NCBI RefSeq assembly: GCF_002868845.1
Contig: NZ_PKUB01000041.1
Coordinates: 102,710 to 166,709, forward strand
Direction of reading: 5' to 3'
Length of the DNA stretch: 64,000 nucleotides
Origin: Desulfuromonas sp.
GTDB lineage: Bacteria; Desulfobacterota; Desulfuromonadia; Desulfuromonadales; BM501
The translations under genes and the position numbers were made by a program. Of this stretch, positions 31,007 to 39,280 are shown in pieces. The notes under the pieces were generated by a model. The model had not been told where the DNA came from and searched no databases. It worked only from the letters and a program-made list of their open reading frames with translations. Each line of letters begins with the position of its first letter. Position 1 is the first letter of the stretch.

Positions 31007-31829
31007 GCCGCCCCCGCTCCTCCCCTTCCTTCCCCACCAGGTCCCAGACCGCCTCCACCGGCCTTCTGCCCGGACCGTTCAGGGTCAGGACCTGCTCCTG
31101 CTGTTCCTCGAGCAGGTCCCCCGCCAGCAGTTCCAGGATGCAGGCCCGGAGGGCCGCCTCCTGGTTCGGTTCAAGCGCCTGGAATTCCACCGCCATGCCG
31201 GGGTCGACGCGACAGATGTCGCTGAAGATGCCCACATGGTAGAGGACCCTCCCCTTCACGGAAAGCCTCTGGCCTTTTTTCAGGGACAGGGTCAGGTCCA
31301 CCTCGGTGCCGACCGGCAGGGGATTCATGGTGCGCAGATAGACGCCTCCCTCGGAAAGGGTCAGTGCGAAATAGTCCCTGGTTTGCTCGCCATGGCGCAG
31401 TTCGACCTTTTTCTGGAAGGAGCAGCGCAGATTCCTTCTGACCTTGGTCCGTTCGTGGTCGAGACAGCGCTGTACGACCCGGTTGAGATCGAGAAGACTG
31501 AGGGGCTTGGTCATGAAATCGAAGCCGCCCCGCTTGCGGCACTCCTCGAAGGTCAACTGCTTCGAATAGGCGGTGATAATGACCACCGGCAAATCGGCGA
31601 AGCGCTCCTGGCAGCGGATCGCATCGAGGGTCTCCAGGCCGCCCATGACCGGCATGTTGATGTCGAGCAGCACCAGGTCGGGGACCACCATGTCGAGAAA
31701 CTCGAGAGCGGCCTTGCCGTTCTCGGCGGGAATCACCGTGAACCCCATGCGACGCAGCAGAATCGATATATACATTACAAAAGTCTCATGATCGTCAGCA
31801 ACGAGGACAATCCTGTTGTCATCTTTCAT
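30993..31829 (-). CDS. Response regulator with a C-terminal PilZ-like domain
   Basis: REC (IVLVADDHE..DLVLLDINMPVMGG..VVIITAY). The C-terminal RRNLRCSFQKKV..LSEGGVYLRT matches the PilZ RxxxR / D-x-S-x-x-G pattern. Confidence 0.8.
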   Translation of the reverse strand: MKDDNRIVLVADDHETFVMYISILLRRMGFTVIPAENGKAALEFLDMVVPDLVLLDINMPVMGGLETLDAIRCQERFADLPVVIITAYSKQLTFEECRKRGGFDFMTKPLSLLDLNRVVQRCLDHERTKVRRNLRCSFQKKVELRHGEQTRDYFALTLSEGGVYLRTMNPLPVGTEVDLTLSLKKGQRLSVKGRVLYHVGIFSDICRVDPGMAVEFQALEPNQEAALRACILELLAGDLLEEQQEQVLTLNGPGRRPVEAVWDLVGKEGEERGRPTPP

Positions 31830-32024
31830 TGCAACTCTCCTGGGAAAAAGGTGGTTAAAAACATGTAACTTTTGCAGTATAACAGTCCTTGAATATTTTT
31901 CCTGGGCGTGCCGGAAAAAATAGTCCTCTGGAAGATCGCCTCTTTCTAAATCACCGGTATTATTGTTTCTTTTTTGTGATAAACTGCGAAATTATTTACT
32001 GCCACAACGCGGGGGACACGGCTC

Positions 32025-35000
32025 ATGGAGGGAGCGGACAAACCGGAAGCGGTCATCGGACTCGATGCAGGATCGACGGGGGTGAAGGTCGCCGTGATCG
32101 ATGCCGTTACCCGGGAGCGGCTCGAGGTCCTTCCCTACCGGCGCCACCATAACCGCTACGCCGAGGTGGCCCGGGAGCTGCTGCGCTACCTGCTGGAGCG
32201 ATACCGGGTCCGGACCGTAGCGGTGACCGGGAGCACCGGCCAAGCCCTGCACCGCGCGTGGCACTCCACGGTCCGGGTCCCGGAGGTCGAGGCCCACGCC
32301 GCCGGCGCCCGGGCGTTGAACCCGGAGGTCGGCGCGGTGCTCGACGGCGGCGGCGCTGAAATCAAGTTTTTCAGGATCGACGCCGAGAGACGCACGACCG
32401 ACTTCGCCATGAACCCCGAGTGCGCCGCCGGGGCCGGCAGCTTCCTCGACGTGCAGGCCAAGCGCCTGCTGCTGGAGACCGACGACCCCTCGGACCCGTC
32501 CCGGCACTTCCCGACCCTCGGCCTGGAGGCCATCCGCTCCGGCCGCACCGTCCCCATCTCCGGGCGCTGCTCGGTGTTAGCCAAGTCGGACATGATCCAC
32601 CAGCAGCAAAAGGCGGTGCCGATGGAAGCCATCGTCGGCGGCCTCCACGAAGCGATGGCGGGCAACATCCAGGCGACGGTCATCCAGAGCCGCCTGAAGG
32701 ATTTCACAGGAACCCTCTCCTTCCAGGGAGGCCTGGCCCTCAACCCCACCATGCGCCAGAGCCTGGCCAGCCAGCTGGACCTCCCCGCCGAGCGTATTTT
32801 CTGCCACGACCTCGCCTACGCCGCCGGGGCCATCGGCGCGGCCCTGCTCGCCGAGGCGGACCCCTTCGACCCCGCCGACCTCGATCACCGTCCCGGGGGA
32901 GAGAGCAGGCCCCCGGTCTGGCCCCGGCTGGCCGACGACTACGCGGCGACCGAAGGACCGGGCACCCCACGACTCGCTCCCCTCCCCCCCGACGGCCCCC
33001 GGGTGCGGGCCTACCTGTGCATCGACATCGGCTCGGTGAGCACCAAGGTGGCGCTGATCGCCGAAGAGAGCGAAGAGGTGCTCGCCAAGGACTACGGCCC
33101 CACCGCGGGCAGGCCTATCGAGGCCCTGAAAAGGTGCCTGGGGGCGCTGACCGAGGCGCTGGCCGCTCGGCTCGGAGCCTCGGGGAGCCTCGCCGAGCGG
33201 GCCGCTGCCGTCGAGGAGCGGGTCGAGATCGTCGGCGTCGGCTCCACCGGATCGGGCCGCTTCGTCGCCGGCCACTTCCTGCAGGCCGACAGCGTCCGCA
33301 ACGAGATCACCGCCCAGGCCGTCGGCGCGGTACGCCTCTTTCGGGGAACCGGGGAATCGGTGGGAACCATCTTCGAGATCGGCGGCCAGGACTCAAAGTA
33401 CATCCGCCTCGACTCCCGGGGGGGGGTGCGCGACTACGTCATGAACAAGGTCTGCGCCGCCGGCTGCGGCTCCTTCCTCGAGGAGCAGTGCGAAAAGCTC
33501 GCCATCGACCTGCAGGGGGAATTCGCCGCCCAGGCCCTCGCGGCCCCCCACCCCGCCGACCTGGGCGACCGCTGCACGGTCTTCATCGACTCGGTGATGG
33601 ACAACCTGGGAGGCGCCGGCGAACGCCGGGAGAACCTGGTGGCGGGACTCGCCTACTCGGTGGCCAACAACTACCTCAACCGGGTCGTCGAGGGACGTCC
33701 CCTGGAGGGGAACATCTTCTTCCAGGGGGGGACCGCATTCAACCGGGCGGTGGTTCTCGCCTTCCAGAAGATCCTCGGCCGGCCGGTGCGGGTGACCCCC
33801 CACCACGAGGTCACCGGGGCGGTGGGCGCCGCCTGCCTGGCCAAGGACGAGCTGACCCGTCTGCGAACTGCCGACCCGGCCTGCCGGACCCCCTTCGGCG
33901 GGCTGCTCGACGCCGTCGCCAAACCCTACCGCTTCGCCGAGCGCACCTGCACCGCCTGCCCCAACAGCTGCGAGCTTCAGGTGGTGGAGGTCACCGAGAG
34001 CGTTCCCGGGACCGGCGGCGAACCGGTGCAGAGGCTCCGCCAGATCTTTTACGGGGACCGCTGCGACGAGCTGAATCTCGGCCGCGACCGGGCCCCCAAG
34101 GGCGACACCCTCCTCGAACTCCGCAACCGCCTCCTCTTCGACCGCCCTCTCGCCCCCCGAAAGCCCAACGGTCTCCGGGTCGGAATCCCCCGGGCCATGT
34201 CGAGCTGGGGCGAGTACTTCCCCCTCTGGGCCACCCTCTTCACCGAACTCGGCTTCGAGGTCGTCCTCTCCGGCCCGACCACCAAGGCGACCGTCGGCCG
34301 GGGCGCCGCGACCGCCCTTTCCGACTACTGCTCGCCGGTCCGCGCCGCCCACGGAGCGGTGCACGAACTCCTTGAATCCGGCACCCGCCCCGATATCCTC
34401 TTCATCCCCCACCTCGTCTCCTACCCCCGGCGCAACCCCGAGGCCATTCCCTACGCCTGCCTCTGGACCCAGAGCCTGCCGATCGCCGCCGGCCAGGCCT
34501 TCGACCTGGAGTCCCTCGGGGTCAGACTCCTCGCCCCGGTGTGCGACTTCCGCCGCCCTGACGGCGGCCTCGAAGCCCTCGCCGGAGAGCTCACCGCAAG
34601 CCTCGGCCTGCCCCGCTCCCGGGTGCTCAAGGCCCTGAAAAATGGCCTCGAAGAAGTGACCATGAACCGGGTCCGGAGCGTGGAACTGGGCCGGAAGGCC
34701 CTCGCCGAAGCCAGCCCGGAGCGCCCCGCCTTCCTCGTCATCGGCCGCCCCTACAACAGCTGCGATCCCGGCCTCTGCCTCGACCTCTTCGCCAAGCTCG
34801 AGCGCCTCGGCCCGCGGGCGGTACCGATGGACCTGCTCCCCCTCGAAGAGCTGCCCCTCGCTCCGGGGACGGCCGACATGTACTGGAAGAACGGCGAGCG
34901 GATCCTCTCGGCCTTTCGCTACGCCGCCGAGCACCCGGGGCTGATCCCGGTCTGGATCACCAACTTCGGCTGCGGCCCCGACTCCTTCATCCGCAAGGAA

Positions 35001-36500
35001 GTCCGATATCTCATGGGGGAACGCCCCTACCTGGAACTGGAACTCGACGAGCACAGCGCCGACGCCGGCCTCGTCACGCGCATCGAGGCCTTCTTCGACG
35101 CCTGGCGCAATCACCGGCAGACGATCCCCTCCCCGCGGGCCTGCCCGCCACCGGCCGCTCCGAGGGTCGAGGTCTCGGGCCGCCAACTGCGCCGGGGCAA
35201 GGTGCTCGCCTTCTGCCACATGGGCGACACGGTTTTCGCCCTGGCGGCGATCTTCCGCGCCCGGGGCCTGGATGCGGTCGTCCTGCCGCGCACCACCGCC
35301 CGGAGCCTGGCCCTCGGCAAGCGCCACAGCTCGGGGCAGGAGTGCGTCCCCTACCAGGCCACCCTCGGCGACAAGCTCCTGTTCCTGACCGAGCAGCAGA
35401 AGCGCTGCCAGCTCCGGCCCGGCGAAGAGTTCGTCCTGGAGGGCGAGAGGCGGCCGGAGGACGTCGTCTTCTTCGACCCCTTCGCAACCGGGCCCTGCCG
35501 CTTCGGGCAGTACAACGCCGGATACCGGAAGGTCTTCGCCGAGCTCGGCCTGCCCGCCGGCATGCTCTGCTCGGGGGTGAAAAACCACTACGCCGACATC
35601 TTCCGCGACCGCCGGGACGCGGTCCTCGGCATCCTTCTCGCATACGAGGGGATCTGCGCCATCGACACCCTGCAGAAAGCCCTGCGCACGGTGCGCCCCC
35701 TGGCCCGGGAGCCGGAGACGGCCAACGCTCTCTACCGCGAGGCCATGGACGAGCTCCTCTCCCTGCTGGAGCGCCCCGGGGGCGGCTGGGGCTTCCTGCG
35801 CGCCCAGCAGAAGGCGGTAGAGACGCTCATGGACCGGTGCGCCCGGCGTTTCGCGGCCCTGGAACGGGACCCGGTCCGAGAGAGGGAGATCGCCAACGTC
35901 GGCATGTTCGGGGAGATCTACGTGCGCAGCGAGCCCTTCATCAACGAGTTCCTGATCGAACGCCTGGAGGAGCACGGCATCCGCACCTACCTGGCGCCGA
36001 TCAACGAGTGGCTGCGCTACCTCAACCACGACGCCCTCTGGAGGTGGCGGACCGGGGGAGGCCAGCAGCGCGGGCTCGGCCGCCTTCTCGACCCCCGCCA
36101 CCTCGCCGACCGGGTCCGCCACCGCTGGCTGCCCCGGCGCCTGGCCAGGCTGGAGTCCCCCTTCCAAGCCCTCCCCGGCTGGCTGCCCGACCCGCCGGTT
36201 TCTGCGACGGTCGAGGCCGCCCGCCCCAAAGTGACCGAGCACATCAAGGGGGAACTCATCCTCTCCTGGGGCCTGGCCCGGGAGGTCCAGCACAGCCCCG
36301 CCCTGCACGGCATGGTCCACATCGGGCCCTTCGGCTGCATGCCGGGCAAGGTCGCCTCCACCCTGCTGCACGACCCCGAAATTACCAAGCCGGTCCTCGA
36401 CGCCAACTTCGACGGCTCATTCACCGCTTCCCGCTCGCTGCGCATCGAGACCTTCGCCAGCCAGGTGAAGGCCTACGCCCGCCGCACCCGGACCCCCTGA
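32025..36500 (+). CDS. Large CoA-substrate-specific enzyme activase-type fusion (two BcrAD/BadFG-type ATPase modules plus C-terminal domains of unknown function)
   Basis: 1491 aa with two ASKHA-type phosphate-1 motifs (VIGLDAGSTGVKVAVI and YLCIDIGSVSTKVALI). The layout resembles the long 'CoA activase' proteins of anaerobes. Confidence 0.8.
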   Translation: MEGADKPEAVIGLDAGSTGVKVAVIDAVTRERLEVLPYRRHHNRYAEVARELLRYLLERYRVRTVAVTGSTGQALHRAWHSTVRVPEVEAHAAGARALNPEVGAVLDGGGAEIKFFRIDAERRTTDFAMNPECAAGAGSFLDVQAKRLLLETDDPSDPSRHFPTLGLEAIRSGRTVPISGRCSVLAKSDMIHQQQKAVPMEAIVGGLHEAMAGNIQATVIQSRLKDFTGTLSFQGGLALNPTMRQSLASQLDLPAERIFCHDLAYAAGAIGAALLAEADPFDPADLDHRPGGESRPPVWPRLADDYAATEGPGTPRLAPLPPDGPRVRAYLCIDIGSVSTKVALIAEESEEVLAKDYGPTAGRPIEALKRCLGALTEALAARLGASGSLAERAAAVEERVEIVGVGSTGSGRFVAGHFLQADSVRNEITAQAVGAVRLFRGTGESVGTIFEIGGQDSKYIRLDSRGGVRDYVMNKVCAAGCGSFLEEQCEKLAIDLQGEFAAQALAAPHPADLGDRCTVFIDSVMDNLGGAGERRENLVAGLAYSVANNYLNRVVEGRPLEGNIFFQGGTAFNRAVVLAFQKILGRPVRVTPHHEVTGAVGAACLAKDELTRLRTADPACRTPFGGLLDAVAKPYRFAERTCTACPNSCELQVVEVTESVPGTGGEPVQRLRQIFYGDRCDELNLGRDRAPKGDTLLELRNRLLFDRPLAPRKPNGLRVGIPRAMSSWGEYFPLWATLFTELGFEVVLSGPTTKATVGRGAATALSDYCSPVRAAHGAVHELLESGTRPDILFIPHLVSYPRRNPEAIPYACLWTQSLPIAAGQAFDLESLGVRLLAPVCDFRRPDGGLEALAGELTASLGLPRSRVLKALKNGLEEVTMNRVRSVELGRKALAEASPERPAFLVIGRPYNSCDPGLCLDLFAKLERLGPRAVPMDLLPLEELPLAPGTADMYWKNGERILSAFRYAAEHPGLIPVWITNFGCGPDSFIRKEVRYLMGERPYLELELDEHSADAGLVTRIEAFFDAWRNHRQTIPSPRACPPPAAPRVEVSGRQLRRGKVLAFCHMGDTVFALAAIFRARGLDAVVLPRTTARSLALGKRHSSGQECVPYQATLGDKLLFLTEQQKRCQLRPGEEFVLEGERRPEDVVFFDPFATGPCRFGQYNAGYRKVFAELGLPAGMLCSGVKNHYADIFRDRRDAVLGILLAYEGICAIDTLQKALRTVRPLAREPETANALYREAMDELLSLLERPGGGWGFLRAQQKAVETLMDRCARRFAALERDPVREREIANVGMFGEIYVRSEPFINEFLIERLEEHGIRTYLAPINEWLRYLNHDALWRWRTGGGQQRGLGRLLDPRHLADRVRHRWLPRRLARLESPFQALPGWLPDPPVSATVEAARPKVTEHIKGELILSWGLAREVQHSPALHGMVHIGPFGCMPGKVASTLLHDPEITKPVLDANFDGSFTASRSLRIETFASQVKAYARRTRTP

Positions 36501-36649
36501 ACGCCCCGCCGGATCAAATTTTTTCGACATTCCCGATTCTTTCAAGGCACACCGACGCATGGGCCCGGTGCCCCGAAACCGATGGGGCTTGCCTTCGGGG
36601 GTGAAAGTCTGGTAAAGATTGGGCTGGTTTAATTTTATCAGGAGGGACC

Positions 36650-37379
36650 ATGCTGGCCAAGGTACTATCCGGGGCCCTGATCGGGATCGACGCCTACCCC
36701 GTCGAGGTGGAGGTGGACATCGCCATGGGCCTGCCCCAGTTCGCCACCGTCGGCCTGCCCGAGGGGGCGGTCAAGGAGAGCAAGGACCGGGTCAAGTCTG
36801 CGATCAAGAACTCGGGCTACGAGTTCCCGTCGCGGCGCATCACCATCAACCTCGCCCCGGCCGACGTGCGCAAGGACGGGGCCGCCTTCGACCTGCCGAT
36901 GGCGATCGGCCTGCTTCGAGCGACGGGGGTCGTCAAGGGGCAGTCCGAGCGCCCCTACCTCTTCATGGGAGAGCTCTCCCTCGACGGGCGGGTCAAGCCG
37001 GTGCGCGGCGCCCTGCCGGTGGCGGTGGCGGCGCGGGGGTGGAACCTCGCCGGCCTCGTCCTCCCCGAAGAAAACGCCCGGGAAGGGGGCATCGTCGAGG
37101 GGCTCCCCGTCTACGGGGTGCGTGACCTGGGGGAGGTCGTCGACTTCCTCAACGGCGAGCGGGAACTCGCCCCCTGCCGGGTCGACAGCGGCGAGATCTT
37201 CGCCCGGGCCGCCGCCGCGCCCGAGGACTTCGCCGAGGTCCGGGGCCAGGAGCACGTCAAGCGGGCCCTCGAGGTCGCCGCGGCCGGCGGCCACAACGTG
37301 ATGATGGTCGGCCCGCCGGGCAGCGGCAAGACAATGCTGTCGCGGCCCACAACGGGGTCCTCTTTCTCGACGAGTTGCC
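36650..37379 (+). pseudogene. comM: comM/yifB (Mg-chelatase-like AAA+ competence protein), 5-prime fragment with an internal deletion, truncated by island insertion
   Basis: The N-terminus [38 protein letters not shown] is typical of ComM/YifB. Walker [11 protein letters not shown] ends near 37340 and directly abuts [13 protein letters not shown] (Walker B, 37342-37379), which is in a different frame. Homology ends at about 37379 and the rest of the gene (about 200 codons) is absent. Confidence 0.85.
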
Positions 37380-37491
37380 AGCTGTTTTTTAATCCCCCAA
37401 AACTTCCTAATAATACCCCCAGAAGGCCCCAGAGGGCGTAACCGACTGTTTTCGCAGGCGTATCGGCGTAAAACCGCCTTGCGTCAGGGGC

Positions 37492-37687
37492 GTTAAATGC
37501 GGGAAAGGGGCATTAAATGTCAAAAGTGACAGCAGATTTTGCGTACCTAGAGCACCAAAAAACACAGTCATTTCAGCCGATTGAACCACCCTAAAAACAA
37601 GAAATGCATTTAACGGTTGACACCAGCGCGAAGTGTCATATAATTCCGGCCACATTCATTAAATGCACTTCTGTCCCACTAAATGCG
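37492..37687. repeat. Cluster of TTAAATGC-type short repeats (candidate integrase/Xis arm sites or int operator)
   Basis: TTAAATGC at 37493, TTAAATGT at 37513, palindrome AAATGCATTT at 37602-37611, TTAAATGC at 37659, CTAAATGC at 37679. Two direct pairs are each spaced exactly 20 bp. Confidence 0.5.
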
Positions 37688-37759
37688 TTTTTGATTCACT
37701 TAGAGTTGCCGATTACTCGACTTTCCAGATCGGCGGCCCTCGACCGGAAAGGAGACCCC

Positions 37760-38869
37760 ATGACCCATCCCCACCACCTGAAACTGGCTCCCCACACCGA
37801 AGGCAACTTCACACTGCCCGCCGAAGATACGGCGCTGCTAAATGAGATCATTGAAGGCTATAAAGCCCGGCGGATCGGTGCCCGGCGATACAATAAGAAG
37901 AGTGTCGAAGGAGAGTTGGCGGTGGTCCGGGACTTCATCAACCACTCACAGATGTCGCCGTGGCACTGGGGTGATTCGGATTTCGAGGCCTGGTGCAATG
38001 AGATCGGGGTGAACCGCAAACTGGCCGTCTCCACCCAGCGCAAATACCAGAGCGCGGTGAAGATCTTTCTCGACTACCTTGTCAACAACCAGGGTCTGCG
38101 CAACAAAGTCAAGGAACTGTGTGGCGTGGCTCCGCGCCAGATCTGCCATAGGGACAACATGATCCAGCACAAGCTCGACCGCGAGCTGGCCCGCAAAAAA
38201 CCGGCCCTCACCGAAGAGCAAGTCAAACATCTCCTCGACGGTATCGCTGAAGGTATCGACCTGGCCTGGCGGTTCACCAGCAAAGCTCTCATTCCGCTTC
38301 AGCGCGACAAAGCGCTGTTCAGCTTGGTCTACGGGCTGGGCTTGCGAGCGTCGGAAGCCTGCAACCTCGACCTTGAGGATTTCTATCCCAATTCCGACCT
38401 GCCGCAACTTGGCCGGTTCGGATTCACCCGGGTCACCGGTAAGGGAAGCCGTGGAACCGGACCCAAGTTCCGCACCGTCCAGATCATGTACGAATGGGTG
38501 GCGGAAACTCTGTGCTGGTATATAGAAGAAATCCGTCCCCGACTGCTCAAGCACGCCGCCCCCAACGAAAAGGCGCTGTTCCTCAGCGAACGGGGTACGC
38601 GTCTGACCCGTTCCAGCCTGGACAACCGTTTTCAGGAGGCCGTGACGCTCTCGGGGCTGGATGGCCTCGGCTTCACCCCGCACTGCCTGCGCCACTCACA
38701 GATCAGCCATGCTCAAGATACGGGACTAAGCCTAGAAGCGACCCGGCGGATGGCTGGGCACGCATTTGCCAGCACAACCCAAGGCTACACCCACGTCGGT
38801 GACCGTGCGGTCCAAAACGAGATCGCCCATCGTGTCAACAACCCCCAGCGACAGCAGCATCACTACTAG
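37760..38869 (+). CDS. Tyrosine site-specific recombinase (island integrase)
   Basis: The ATG at 37760 follows GGAAAGGAGA. Catalytic set is visible: GLRASE (Arg), GKGSR (Lys), HCLRHS (His-x-x-Arg), AGHAF (His), QGYTHV (Tyr). Confidence 0.9.
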   Translation: MTHPHHLKLAPHTEGNFTLPAEDTALLNEIIEGYKARRIGARRYNKKSVEGELAVVRDFINHSQMSPWHWGDSDFEAWCNEIGVNRKLAVSTQRKYQSAVKIFLDYLVNNQGLRNKVKELCGVAPRQICHRDNMIQHKLDRELARKKPALTEEQVKHLLDGIAEGIDLAWRFTSKALIPLQRDKALFSLVYGLGLRASEACNLDLEDFYPNSDLPQLGRFGFTRVTGKGSRGTGPKFRTVQIMYEWVAETLCWYIEEIRPRLLKHAAPNEKALFLSERGTRLTRSSLDNRFQEAVTLSGLDGLGFTPHCLRHSQISHAQDTGLSLEATRRMAGHAFASTTQGYTHVGDRAVQNEIAHRVNNPQRQQHHY

Positions 38870-38878
38870 GAGGACCTA

Positions 38879-39223
38879 ATGGCAGAAACCGCTCCACGCA
38901 AATACCTCGACTGGCGACTGCACATCCTGATGGCGGAACGCCGGATCAAACGGATCACCGACCTGCACCGAATGCTGCAGGAGGTCGGCGTCGAAATCTC
39001 GACCACCCAGCTCTCGCGGATCGTCAGCCAGCGGCCGAAGAGGATCAACACCGAGGTGCTGGACGGGCTGGTCACGGTTCTGAACTGCAACATTGAGGAC
39101 CTGCTAGTGGCCGGCGACCCCGAAGAGGAAAGCGAAAAACCGGCACCGAAAAAGACGCCTCGCAAGGGCGCCACCTCGCGGGTGACCGGCCCCGCGCCCT
39201 TTTCCGGCCCCGAAAACCGTTAG
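38879..39223 (+). CDS. XRE/Cro-type helix-turn-helix protein with a basic Pro-rich tail
   Basis: 114 aa. LHILMAERRIKRITDLHRMLQEVGVEISTTQLSRIVSQRP..VLDGLVTVLNCNIEDLL resembles HTH_XRE. GGAGG lies 6 nt upstream of the ATG, which is 9 bp after the int stop. Confidence 0.7.
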   Translation: MAETAPRKYLDWRLHILMAERRIKRITDLHRMLQEVGVEISTTQLSRIVSQRPKRINTEVLDGLVTVLNCNIEDLLVAGDPEEESEKPAPKKTPRKGATSRVTGPAPFSGPENR

Positions 39224-39280
39224 GGCCAAAGGGTGGCTGAATAAAAACGTCACAGCCGCTGCGACGCGTGTGGCCGCGAC

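Noticed and set aside
37407-37655. 82-aa minus-strand ORF across the island junction as a possible excisionase.
   Set aside because: It spans the comM/island boundary and the repeat array and has no SD or HTH-like pattern. The XRE-type gene at 38879 is a better candidate for a directionality or regulatory factor.
37380-37760. A tRNA or tmRNA gene as the island attachment site, and any CRISPR array anywhere in the window.
   Set aside because: No cloverleaf-compatible sequence is visible at the junction; the target is the comM coding sequence. No regularly spaced direct repeats of 25-40 bp were seen anywhere in the window.
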